From assembly GCA_002269645.1 (NCBI GenBank), contig NIVC01000544.1:372001-436000 (forward strand): a DNA stretch of 64,000 bases, written 5' to 3'. The notes beneath the pieces were generated by a model. The model worked only from the letters and a program-made list of their open reading frames with translations, was not told the origin of the DNA and made no database searches. Positions within the stretch are counted from its first letter, which is position 1; every line of letters starts with the position of its first letter. Source of the DNA: Macrostomum lignano. Lineage: Eukaryota. Shown here in pieces: positions 47,881-59,938 of this stretch. A program made the translations under genes and the position numbers.

Positions 47881-49124
47881 AACTTATTTCAGGAATCGCT
47901 GCAAGCTCCTTAGCCCTCAAAAAATTTTTAATTGTCGCACTTTAACCCAATAGTTGCTGTTATAATACTTAAGGAATCTTCGAAAAGTTTTTTGATCATT
48001 GCTTAATACGCTCGTAACCTTCGATGAAATTTTTGAAACTTCTTCCCGAATCAAAAAGAATCTTCCTTAGTCCACTCGATCCAATGTCCCCCGACTAATT
48101 TACCGAGAACGGGCCTCTCTCCAAGAGACGCATCCTTTTCATAGCAGCCCATAGCAGCTAAAATAATGTCATTTCTTGCGCGAATGAGCGCGGATTAATT
48201 TAAAGAAGCATGAGACATAGTTGGATTGTAAGAAGTCTCGCACAAATTGGACTCGGCTCAGTTCTTGTGCTGCGGAATTTACGCTCGTAGTTGGGTTCTA
48301 TGCTGCCTGATTTGGTCGTAAACAAAATTTTCTTTGCTTTTGTACTATTCTGCTTTGCTGTCTTGCGCGTAGCTTAATTTCTATATTCACACAGTAATTC
48401 TATCAGCTCTTGCGTACTCAAATGATTCCCATTGATTCCATATTTAATAAATATATAGTTGTACAAAATAGGTATTAGTAAGGTATATAAAGAGGAACTT
48501 ATAAAGTACAAGCCTAAACGTTTTCTTGAGCGCCCATGAACACTTAAAAACATGTTTGAATCAAGGACCACTAAAGCAACGTATATACAGGACGCGACAC
48601 TCACGTTTCATGGAAAAAGTTTTGAATAGGAAGTTTTCGTTTTTTCAGCACAAAAAATGTTATTGCTTTCGATGGGAGGCAGACCCAATGTTCATCTTTT
48701 CATATGTTGTGCTTTGTGCCTTTCTTATAGCTCTATTGATATCCATAAAGCTTTTCGCTCAGAAAATTAGGATTTTATGTTAATTTTTTGTCTACTTACA
48801 TTACCTGTACCTGAAATCATAAAAATGCATGGCACGGCTCGAATCTTGGGTTTTATGAATCTATTTTATCATCTCCGTTACACATATTGTTACACAGTCA
48901 GCTAAAAATGACAAAATGGATTCATAAAAAAGTACTCCTTGGTTTGAATTTTCCACGCCGAAACCATGCAATGCTCAACTTTCCTCAGATCTCAGCCCCA
49001 AGTGTTGCAATTCACAGCACGCCTCGGTTTTCGTCTCGGGGGGGGGGGGGCGGTTCATATCTCCACTGGGTTAGGCGTTGAGCTGCTTTCTAACGTCTGT
49101 TTTATCTGGACAGACCGACTTCTG

Positions 49125-49156
49125 TCTACCTATCTATCTATCTATCTATTTTATCC

Positions 49157-49207
<51 letters not shown>

Positions 49208-49237
49208 GATCGATCTATCTATCTATCTATTTTATCC

Positions 49238-49280
<43 letters not shown>
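49125..49280. repeat. (CTAT)n microsatellite
   Basis: Visible directly. Confidence 0.95.
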
Positions 49281-49281
<1 letters not shown>

Positions 49282-49974
49282 CAAAACTCAGCTAAAAACT
49301 GTTGGTAAGAATTGACTTAAACCCTGCTGTGAATCATTCGTGCAAATTTAATTATATTAAGCATTTATTTTTCTATTTGAATTGTTACAAAAGTTACAAA
49401 TTACGCAAATTAATAATAATTAAAAAACAAAGTCGACAGAAAGCCGAGCCTCAATAGGACTTTTTTACACAAACATGGCTACACATTGCACGAAGAACTA
49501 TTAGATAAAATCTATACCTACAAAGGGAACTTGCATGTGTATCGCAGTCTGATAGATCAGTACAAAGCGAGTAATAACAGACGTCACTAACGTCGATCAG
49601 ATAGCGTCACGAAACATGGATAAAATAGCATTGAAAACATCAATCACAACCAGGTAGGTACTAAAAGTCCACAATACTGGAATAAATATTGATCGAAAAC
49701 AGACATAATTTCATCGTGTTTACCCAGCTGACCAGAATCCAGGTCAAAACTTTAGGCTGTGCAATTGACACGCAAAATTCAATAGCATCATGGATTCTTC
49801 AATTAGAATCATCGGGATTAATAAATAAGCTAGCTATTATCGGTGACTAGAATCTTGTGTCAGGACAAAGACAATTTAAATAAATAATTGTTAGTGGGCG
49901 AATATAAGTGTAAATAGTGGTACGTTAGTTAAAACACGCAGAAAAGTTAGTAGGGTAGCACATTACGAGCTATA

Positions 49975-50115
49975 CAAGCGCGCCAATACTGTACGCAGGC
50001 GCACGCACTCATACAGGGCGTACAGCGGCTCCAACTTTCTAAGTCGGTGAGCCATGTACGAGGCATGTAAATGTAAGCCCCAAATGAACGTTGCCCGCGC
50101 ACGCAATCGAACCCT
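49975..50115 (+). repeat. Dispersed repeat family A (other copies at about 4725-4836 +, 37855-37995 -, 38007-38050 +, 45580-45650 -, 58270-58400 +)
   Basis: Exact CAAGCGCGCCAATACTGTAC at 49975 and 58270; recurring CACTCA..CAGGG(T/C)G(C/T)ACAGCGG, GCATGTACACT..CTGTGCCTTG..TTGGCCCTCAA and AGCCCCAAATGAA..ATCGAACC blocks. Confidence 0.7.
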
Positions 50116-50305
50116 TACAGGAGTCGTGGCGCGACCTTTAAAATCATCAAAATTAAAACTTCTTTTTTTGACGCTCCTCTGACTCTAAACTAAAGTACAA
50201 AACTAGCTGTGGTCTTTTGTAAACATGTCGAGATTTTCCGTGGTACATGCGAGTACATATAGTTTCCAGTTGATGGTGTGCCCACAACATACTGGCAGTC
50301 GCAAT

Positions 50306-53300
50306 TCACTTGGTCTCAGCCGACAGTCGCTGGGCGCTGAATGGATCGTCGCAGTTGAGATTTCTCGACGTCGGCGAGCCACCGCCGTGAGATTCCAACG
50401 TCTCGTTGAGCTGTTGAGGAAGCGGCCTGTGCGGATGCCGCTGGTGGTGATGGCAGTTGTGGTGTTGCCGACGCCAGCTGCAAGTTGTTGGCTCTTTGCT
50501 GCTGTCGCTGTTGCTGTTACTTCTACCGGCGCTATTGTTGCTGCCTTGCTGCCTGTTGTTGTGATGGTTGTTGTTGTTGTTGTTGTTGGCATTGTTGTTG
50601 GCATTGTTGCTGATTGAAGCCTGGGCGTCCTGCTGCTGCTGGTGGTGGTTTCGTGGCATCGAGTGCAGTCGCAGAGCTTCGCCAACGTTGGCGGCGGCTC
50701 CGCCTCGGTAAGCTTCGTCGCGATGTCGCGCTGGCGTCACAAGACGTCGCATTACCGCATTACCGTTCCGCCTCGCCGATGCGCTGGCCGTTGGACTTCG
50801 CCGAATCAATCGAAGCATGACGTTGCTGAAAGCGCGCCGAAATTTAAGCGACATCAAATTGTAAAGAATCGGGTTGGCTATGGAGGAGCCGAAGAATAGC
50901 GGGCCGGAGATGTGAAAAAGGGCCTGCTGGATCTTCGTGATGGCGCAGTCGTGGCAGAACGCCTCCTTGGGGACGGCCTCCGCCAGAATGCGAGACAGGT
51001 GGAACGGTGCATAGCATAGGAAGAAGGCCAGCACAATGCCAACTGCAATGGTGGATGCATGGGGTAATTGTTGTGAAGAAACTGAGAATGGTCATTTTTT
51101 TAATGGAGAATAGTCATTTAGGATCGTGTGATGAATTCATGAACAATCGCGTGAGTTTTCATGTAGAATCGTGTGAGTGTTCAGGTAGGTGAATGATCAA
51201 GTAGAAACCTGTGAATGGTCAAGTAGAAACCTGTGAATGGTCAGGTAAAATCGTGTGAATGTTTAGGTAAGATCATGTGAATAGTCAGGTAGAATCGTGT
51301 GAATGGTCAGGTAGAGTCGTGTGAATCGTCGGGTAGAATCGTGTGAATCGTCGGGTAGAATCGTGTTAATGGTCGGGTAGAATCGTGTGAATGGTTGGAT
51401 AGAATCGTGTGAATGGTCGGGTAGAATCGTGTGAATGGTCAGGTAGAATCATGTGAATGGTCGGGGAAAATTGTGTGAATGGTCAGGTAGAATCTTGTGA
51501 ATGGTCGGGTAGAATCTTGTGAATTGTCAAGCAGAATTGTGTGAATGCTCAGGTATAATTTTTTGTATGCTCATATGAGATCGTGTGAGTATTCATTTTA
51601 GAATCGTGACAAGTTTGTGACCCATTTTGAGCAGTTTCTTCGCACTTTTTTATTCATTTATCCGCTCATTTATTATTTTAGTGTTATTAATAATTAGTTA
51701 TTATATTTTTTCAAGCAGAGAATGCATCTGATTTTTAAATCCCTCCTATCTCCAAAAAATCCAAGAGCTGATTAATTGGATTTGCGAGCAACGGAATTCA
51801 GCTATAACAAAAACCATGGTTACCACGCAACATAACAAAATATCTAAAGGAAGCTCTCACAAGCCTAATGAACAAGCATTCAATCTAGGATTGGGACTTT
51901 TAACAACAAACTCGCAAGGCAGGTCGAGTGGGCTGTTAAGTGCCCGCCAGCTTCATCAGGCGCAATTGAGTTTCCACCGAGTCATCCCTTACTTCCTTCC
52001 GAGATTAGAAGCTCCCATAATGTACAGCTATGTGCTCAAGGATGCTTCTGCATGGAAACTGTTTGCCAATAGTTATTGTAAACGACTTTTTTGAATTATG
52101 CACTTTTAACGTTCGGGTTTGCTCACAACCGCAAAAAACGCAAATTATAGTGTGTTCTTTTCCCAAGTTCTCCAAACAACGTATGCATGCAACTGCATTG
52201 AACTTGGGCGAGAAGAGACGTATAAAGTGAAACCCACTGACCATGGAATCTCAGCAACCCCCTTTGAGACTTGGAATCTCAGCAACCCCCTTTGAGACTT
52301 GGAATCTCAGCAACCCCCTTTGAGACTTGGAATCTCAGCAACCCCCATTGAGACTTGGAATCTCAGCAACCCCCATTGAGACTTGGAATCTCAGCAACCT
52401 CCATTAAGACTTGGAATCTCAGCAACCCCCATTGAGACTTGGAATCTCAGCAAACCCCATTGAGACTTGGAATCTCAGCAACCTCCATTGAGACTTGGAA
52501 TCTCAGCAACCTCCATTGAGACTTGGAATCTCAGCAACCTCCATTGAGACTTGGAATCTCAGCAACCTCCATTGAGACTTGGAATCTCAGCAAGCCCCAT
52601 TGAGACTTAGAATCTTAGCAACCATCTCTATAACCTTGTCTTCAATCAATGCCAGATTTTATACTTTCGAATATCCGTGTCTTGTACGGTTATCCGCCCA
52701 GATAGTACAAGTACTTTCTGGTCTCCCCGGACATTGAAAGAGCTTTCTGATCTCTCCCGGAGATATCTCTAAGCTGCTTTACGTTCTTTGGGGTACTTTC
52801 AGTCTCCCCCCGGGAGTCACTGTTATGTCTTGCGTTGTCCGCAACTGGAGATCGCAAAGCAGAGTCAAATTTGTCTTGCGATCTCCGGCCGGAGACTGCA
52901 AACGCACGGAGCTTGCAAAGCCCAACAGGGACTGTAAAAAACGCCCCAAAAAGCGCTCACCGAGCAGTTTCAGCAGAGTTTTTCGACCCCGCGCCTTCTG
53001 CACCGCCCGCTGCTCGTCGCTGGTGTGACTGTGCACCGAGCCGGCCGAGCTCTTCCTCGCTGGCGGATTCAACGAACGATGCACCGCAGTGCCAATTCGA
53101 ACGTACATGGCCGCCATGAGCATCATTGGGCAGACAAACAGCAGCAGAGACGAAGCCAGAAACGAATACGGAATCCGTCGAGTCTTGGTCACCTCGCAGA
53201 TTCGAGACTCGATCAGCACTCGGCCCTGACTGCCGGTGCTTGAGTCGTTTCGAATTAGAACTTCGAATCCTAGCTGGGAGCTCATCACGCCAGACAGGCA

Positions 53301-55606
53301 GGCCGACAGACTCCACGAGGCTGCGATGGCTTTCACGGCACGGCTGAGGCCCAGGCCGCGACGGATCTGGGCGAGATGTTGATGTCAGTAGAATGTCAGG
53401 CGTGGTGAAATAAATCACTGGACTCGATGGGTTCTTAGAAAACTAAATTTTCAAAGCATGCGTTACCAGGTAGAAAAGTTATAAAAGATCATCCACATTA
53501 ATTTTATATCTGTGCCTGATAAACTCAAGGTCTTTCATTGCTATTTGTTAGGTTTTGTCGAGAAAATACGCTTTTAAAAAGTATGTATACACGTTTACTG
53601 ATTAAAATCGTTAATGAATCTGAGTTTATAAACGTTTGCGCGCAGAAATGCTGTTTAATCTCCTGTTTATCCCAAACCCCAAATCAAGATATCCTTTTCT
53701 GACAAGATCCCCATAGGCCTCTGCTGGCTTCCCTAACTAATTTTTTTAATTAGTTGGACTGATTTTATGAAGATAGAATTCAATGCACGCATAAATTAAG
53801 GTGAAATTCATTCTATAACAATCTGGAAATATTAATAAATTAATTCAATTCAGGATTACAATACCGTCTGAGCCAGCTCTCCAGCTCCCTGTCTGGTTTG
53901 AAGTATTTTTATTCAATAAGTTTTCTTGTTTATAATAGGCCATTAATAAGTTATTTTACTTGCTTATATTTAGTTTTTTTTCAATGGCATTTTATGATAA
54001 CTTTTATGTTTAACTGTCAGACAGACAGGTGTTTCATAGTTGAAGTTAAGCACCGCAGGAAGCATCACCTCCCAGCAGCACCGCAGGAAGCATCACCTCC
54101 CAGCAGCACCGCAGGAAGCATCACCTCCCAGCAGCACCGCTTCCAGGAAGCATCACCTCCCAGCAGCACCGCAGGAAGCATCACCTCCCAGCAGCACCGC
54201 AGGAAGCATCACCTCCCAGCAGCACCGCAGGAAGCATCACCTCCCAGCAGCACCGCAGGAAGCATCACCTCCCAGCAGCACCGCAGGAAGCATCACCTCC
54301 CAGCAGCACCGCAGGAAGCATCACCTCCCAGCAGCACCGCAGGAAGCATCACCTCCCAGCAGCACCGCAGGAAGCATCACCTCCCAGCAGCACCGCAGGA
54401 AGCATCACCTCCCAGCAGCACCGCTTCCAGGAAGCATCACCTCCCAGCAGTACCGCTTCCAAGAAGCATCGCCTCCCAGCAGCACCGCTTCCAAGAAGCA
54501 TCGCCTCCCAGCAGCACCGCTTCCAAGAAGCATCGCCTCCCAGCAGCACCGCTTTCAAGAAGCATCACCTCCTAGCAGCACCGCTTCCAGGAAGCATCAC
54601 CTCCCAGCAGCACCGCTTTCAAGAAGCATCACCTCCTAGCAGCACCGCTTCCAGGAAGCATCACCTCCCAGCAGTACCGCTTCAAAGAAGCATCACCTCC
54701 CAGCAGCACCGCTTCCAAGAAGCATCACCTCCCAGCAGTACCGCTTCCAAGAAGCATCACCTCCCAGCAGTACCGCTTCCAAGAAGCATCACCTCCCAGC
54801 AGTACCGCTTCCAGGAAGCATCACCTCCTAGCAGTACCGCTTCCAGGAAGCATCACCTCCTAGCAGTACCGCTTCCAGGAAGCATCACCTCCCAGCAGTA
54901 CCGCTTCCAAGAAGCATCACCTCCCAGCAGTACCGCTTCCAAGAAGCATCACCTCCCAGCAGTACCGCTTCCAGGAAGCATCACCTCCCAGCAGCACCGC
55001 TTCCAAGAAGCATCACCTCCTAGCAGCATCGCTTTCAAGGAGCATCACCTCCCAGCAACTGCAACCCAAGGAAACATCGGCTCCCGGTAGTTCCAACCCA
55101 ATGAAATGTCACAATTTGAGAAGACACACCTGCATCGGGCGGCAGATGGCGCAGTATCTCTCCACAGTCAGAGCAGTGACAGTCAGGGCCGAACAGTAGG
55201 TGCACATCTCGGATAGAAAACCGGATCCAACGCACAGGAGCTGACTCTCAGGGAACGGATATCGTCTCCAGTGTGTGAGCAGATCGAAGGGCAGTCGCGA
55301 CCAAAGCACCACTAGGTCGGACACGCTCAAATTGAACAGATAAAAATTAGTAGCAGTTCGCATGAACTGCGTGCGCGCAATCACTACGCTGGTGATTAAA
55401 TTTCCAACGCAGCCGATGAAGAATATGCAGGCTAAAGCCACGGTTAGAGCAGTTAATTGGCCAACACTGTAAGTGGCAGCTTGGCCCCACTGATCTTCGA
55501 TGCACTGTGCATCAGTGGTGTTTAAATCGCATTCCACAACATGATAGGTTGTCATGACGAAGTCTACGCTTTGTTTAATTTTTGTCAAGAAAAAATATTC
55601 ATACAT
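50306..55606 (-). CDS. Class A neuropeptide GPCR of the neuromedin-U / capa / pyrokinin (PRXamide) receptor family, about 539 aa, 3 exons
   Basis: Exons 55606-55130, 53366-52961, 51042-50306 (477+406+737 nt). GCVGNLITSVVI, MRTATNFYLFNLSVSDL, HWRRYPFP, LTVTALTVERYCAICRPMQ, LAFFLCYAPFHLSRI, SGPLFFGSSIANPILYNLMSLKFRRAF. Long N/Q/H-rich C-tail. Start may be 55606 or 55555. Confidence 0.88.
51190..51610. repeat. 22-bp minisatellite GTAGAATCGTGTGAATGGTCGG (GPCR intron 2)
   Basis: Direct tandem copies. Confidence 0.88.
52245..52622. repeat. 28-bp minisatellite GGAATCTCAGCAACCCCCATTGAGACTT (GPCR intron 2)
   Basis: About 13 copies; internal TCTCA/TGAGA stem. Confidence 0.93.
54050..55050. repeat. 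27/33-bp minisatellite AGGAAGCATCACCTCCCAGCAGCACCGC(TTCC) (GPCR intron 1)
   Basis: About 1 kb of tandem copies in two length classes. Confidence 0.95.
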
Positions 55607-56894
55607 CTAGAGGCAAAAAGTTTTAAGGGCTTTTGTATGAATGCATAGGAGAGAGCCTTCAGCCAACCAGATAGATGCTATACTTAAATCTGATTTCATT
55701 GGATAAAAGTCGACTGGGTCTGTGGATGAAGAACTCAGAAAAACTCAGCCATGCACATTGCACACTTAAACAGCTGTAATTGCAGCGCCTGATCGCTCTA
55801 TGCTACTGATTTTGCTATTTATTCTAACTGCAGGTATGTAATGAGTTGTACAATATTAATTTCCGAGTGCAATTAGCAATTAGGCAATGACTACCATTGC
55901 GCACACTGTATTGTAAAATTAAGACAATACCACTGGGTAAGTATGGTGGTTCCTTTTCGTAGCGCAAAGCTATTTGAAGTAGGTCTGCACGACCAACTGT
56001 TGAAGATCTTGACCTCTGAAGATCTTGAAGCAGTACATAAGTCCCCTGGGCTCGATTCTAAAACGCATGGGCCGTCAACTTTTAGTCAGAAAATGGATTC
56101 GGTTTATCGGAGAGGGGTCTGGCTCTCTTCCAACACGAGAGGTTGGAATAAATGAACATCGCATCCTGTCTACGTCTCAAAACTGCGCCCCACGAATTAA
56201 ATACGGACGGATTATGAGGCTGGGTTTTAATTGAAATTGACATAGCTAGCATTCCCATTTCCCATATTGATATAAGCGGGCGGGCGAGATGTCCCATAAA
56301 ATTCTTGGTCTAGTAATGAGATTTAACATCGAGAAGCCTGATCGGCTCTGATCGAGAAGCCAACGACAACCCATTTTGAGGTCATGCACGAAATTCTGCA
56401 TGACCTCGAGGTCTTGTCGTGTAGCTTATTTACTCTCATTGGGGTCAGAGTGCGCGCACAAGGTAATTCGCTGCTCTAACGGATAGGCGTTTTTCTTTTA
56501 TTTTGGCTCATTTGACAGCCAAATTGTCAGGAGTTCAGGCTGACAGCAGGGAGCATCAAATTGGTAAGTTTTTTTCAGAGAAAATTTTAATAGCTATACG
56601 TACCTCTTTTTCGCAGTGATGAATCCATCCAAAAATTACCTTTAAAAAGTACAATAACCGCATTTATGGAGTTTAATCACTGACTAGTGCAGTTAGTACA
56701 TGTCAATAAGCTTCTTTCTCTAGCGCTACATCAGGAAAGCAATTCTATCGAACTAAAACTAACTTCCTCATCAGAAAAATTAAAGAATTGACTGCTTAAT
56801 TAATAATTAACTGACGTAATGGACGCTAAACGCTTGACCTTGGACACGAAAATCTACTTGCTAATCTGTTATTAACAGTAGAAATACGGTATAA

Positions 56895-57428
56895 TTTTTT
56901 GTTGCACTTCTTCTCGAAGAAGAATCAAGTCGCCAGCTCTCGGGACCGACACGATATTCAACGATTCTTCCGAAAAGGTCGGATTTTTTCCATACTCAAA
57001 ACATCCCTGTGCGCCACTTAGCACTGCGCCTCGATGTGCGGCCTTGCCAAACACGTGTGACTGCATTAGCCCTGACTTCGTTGGTCACTTGTCTTGACCC
57101 ACGCGGAGCGTCTAGACCTTCAACATTTGGCACCAAGGGACCACGGACTGTTGAAGGTCCTGTTGAAGGTCCAGAAGCTCCGCATTTGTCTAAGTAACTG
57201 ACCAAAGAAGTCAGATATGATGCAGACAAATTTAGTTGACGCGCTGATGAAACTTGGAGGCTTGGCAAGGCTGCACTGAGGCTGCACTGTGCTGATTTGC
57301 GCACAGGGGTGTACTGAATACACTAGCGCTTATTGGGAAAATCCGACCCTCTGAAAGATTTTTTGAATATCTCGACAGTCCAGAGGGCTGGTGACTTAAT
57401 TCCTATTCGAGAAGGTGCGCAACAAAAA
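56895..57428. repeat. Degenerate long inverted repeat (about 100-bp arms, about 335-bp spacer); probable old MITE
   Basis: Reverse complement of 56895-56994 aligns with 57330-57428, sharing AAAATCCGACC, TTGAATATC, GCTGG(C/T)GACTT(G/A)ATTC, TTCGAGAAG and GCAACAAAAA. Confidence 0.65.
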
Positions 57429-57789
57429 GTTCACCCGTGTTCTTGAATTTCGTGTGCCTGCGTTGCTTCGTTTCGGCGCAGCAAAAAAAGATTGTCCAGT
57501 CCGAAATTTCTCTTCCCTTTGGTAGTTCGTAGTTGGTAGTGTTAAACCACGGTCATACCCACAAGTGGTCAACTCTTTTACGCGTGCAAACAAATGTCAT
57601 AAATTATTAAAGTGACATAACTATTACGGATGTTATAAATAACTGCATGCAACCATAAAAGCTGATCTTAAATGGATGATTGATGCTGGTACTTTTAGTT
57701 AATTTGTAGACACATCGACCTGCAGTCACAAGTGATCAGAACCACGAATTTCGCATGCCCACTCCTGCATACGGATTCTTTTACGCCAG

Positions 57790-58045
57790 GTACTTTCCGT
57801 GAGTTCCGACGCACTTGCCTAACCGCCAAGGGCGGCGTTGTTCCAGGCGGTGGTCAAGATCGTCCTGCTTTACAACGCCGTAGGCGACTCCAGCTGACGA
57901 AACAGAAGCTTCAGGAGGTGCTGCTGCTGACGCTGCAGGTGCCCTTTCGGTGAGAACTGGCGTGCATTCGGCGTTTCATCGACGCCGTCACCCTGGATTT
58001 GGTCGGCGACGTTCTAAGCCTAGAGACGCGCCCTGTAACTCTGGT
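57790..58045 (+). mobile_element. Decayed RTE-clade LINE 3' fragment
   Basis: Frame-shifted peptides RAALFQAVVKIVLLYN and RRRRLQL...QEVLLLTLQVPF resemble the post-RT C-terminal region of RTE elements (LFxAxVxxxLLY; RRRLxxxGH). Recognised from memory, not by a search. Confidence 0.6.
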
Positions 58046-59938
58046 TGCTGCTTGTCTTTTGTGACCATGTAGAAGCTGGCTGTGTGAACGTACGTCATCA
58101 ATTAAGGATGTCTGTAATGTGCTTGCGTTTTTTAGTACCGGTATGTCCTCTAGGGTACTGATATTCGCAGGAGGGCTCTGGGCAACCTGACGCAACGCCT
58201 TCGGCAACAGCGTCTCACAAGACCAGCGCTGAGACAATTCTGCCCATTCTGCTGGCTCCTGAGCACATGCAAGCGCGCCAATACTGTACTCAGGCACGGA
58301 CTCATGTACACGCTCACATTGGGTGCACAGCGGTCCTTTGACTTTCTAATCGTCAGGCACGTGCACTCTCTGTGCCTATAGAGTTTGTCTGCCCTGCCTG
58401 CAACATGCACGTGCACTCAGCGGAATTCAATCACCTAGAAGGAACATAATTGACAGCTGGCTTGTAACTATGCTTAGTAACTTTGGCTAATCGGCGCTGC
58501 CTGTGGTACAGCTCTTCCTATTTTAAGACTGCTGCTTCAGCAAAATCCTACTAATGGGGAAATTTATAATTAAAAGGAAACGTTTCTCTTTAAGAGAACG
58601 AATTGTGTTTAATTTTCTCTTTGATTGATTGAACTGACAGTCTTCATGAGAACGCACTGACCTTGCTGAGTCAGGGAAGCGAGATAATTTGAATTGTCAG
58701 TTTCAAAGAGTTTTTTGGTGTAGATTTGAACGATTATAATTTTTCTGCATTTATTTTCAGACTTACATATAATTTGAAATTGATACCTGAATAAATTAAA
58801 TTCCTTACAAACTGACTTTTTATTTCTGAAAAATACAAGGTAGTATGTGTACAATTTTCTCCACATACTACTTTCATGTCAAGTGATATTAGAGAAAACT
58901 TCAAAATGAGCTGCAGTTAACGACACAGAATTTTTTGATCCAACATTTCTTTTCAAAAGTACCGACTTGTGCGTCATTATCAAACATTAAGGTGGATGTC
59001 ATGAAGACCTACGCTCGTAATATAGTACGTATCAGTGATGCCTAAACAGTGTCAGTGAAGACTTACAAGTGTCAGCGAGTGCTTAATAATGTCAGTGAAT
59101 GCTTAATAGTGTCAGTGAACGCCTAAATAGTGTCAGTGATCTTTATTAGTGCTAGTGACGCTTAATATCATTAGTGGTATCTAATAGTGTCAGAATTCGT
59201 ATTCCTGGGGTGCAGTCCCCTATCTTCACTACATGCCGTATGTTCATTTGAAAAGAGAACTCTGCATGAATATCCAAGTGTTTACAGTGTGGTTAGCGAA
59301 TAATCTAAATTTTCCAGCGCAAAAAAGTGGTTCAAAATGTCAGTTTACGCTACGCTAAGCCTGGGGCTTTGCAGGTGCATCTTGCAGGTCAGTGAAATCC
59401 TCGCAGATTCTACTTATTAAACCAAATGCTATTTTCTGCAGAGGAGCTGTAGGCCATGCTGTAGTCAGTACACAGATGGGTTTGAATCTCTCAGGTTGGA
59501 AGGGGAACACTCGATAATACGCACCGGATTCGTGTCTCCTCTGCGGGAACGGGAGTGGATCCATATCCCCGAGGCTAGCTACTCTCGATAGTTTGCATGT
59601 AGCTGTTGCACTCGCTTACCAAGCGTACGCGGCTATATTCCCCCCCTCTCTCTTCCAAAATCAGTTTCTTCCCACGTTCCAGCTCTCTGGGAGCTCCGTC
59701 GCGGTCCCGGAAGAGAGAAGGGAATGGACATAGTATAGGGAAAGAAAAAGTTCAGCCCCTCCCCTCTCGGCTACAAATGAGGAGCTCTCTAGCTATCTAT
59801 GAAAATCCTGTCTTCTCTACTTTTGGTAGAAATTCTATTTGCTTCCAGAGCTATAGGCTGCCTATATATTGATGCGCCAGTTAATCAGGCCTTTGCTTCA
59901 AGCCTTTGGCAATCAGTGGACCGTGAGCTTAGATAACA

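Noticed and set aside
47930-48370. Coding-like minus-strand tract (ARNDIILAAMGCYEKDASLGERPVLGKLVGGHWIEW)
   Set aside because: Multiple stops and no family that I recognise; probably a transposon relic. TBLASTX would be needed.
30959-55050. Long ORFs inside tandem arrays (30959-31954, 35879-37435, 38163-39225 series, 42606-43127, 46176-46844, 47446-47826, 53898-54639 and others)
   Set aside because: They are translations of stop-poor repeat units, are open in several frames or strands, and lie in introns or spacers defined by the real exon chains.
55943-56234. Short overlapping + strand ORFs upstream of the GPCR
   Set aside because: No recognisable domain and no consistent splice sites.
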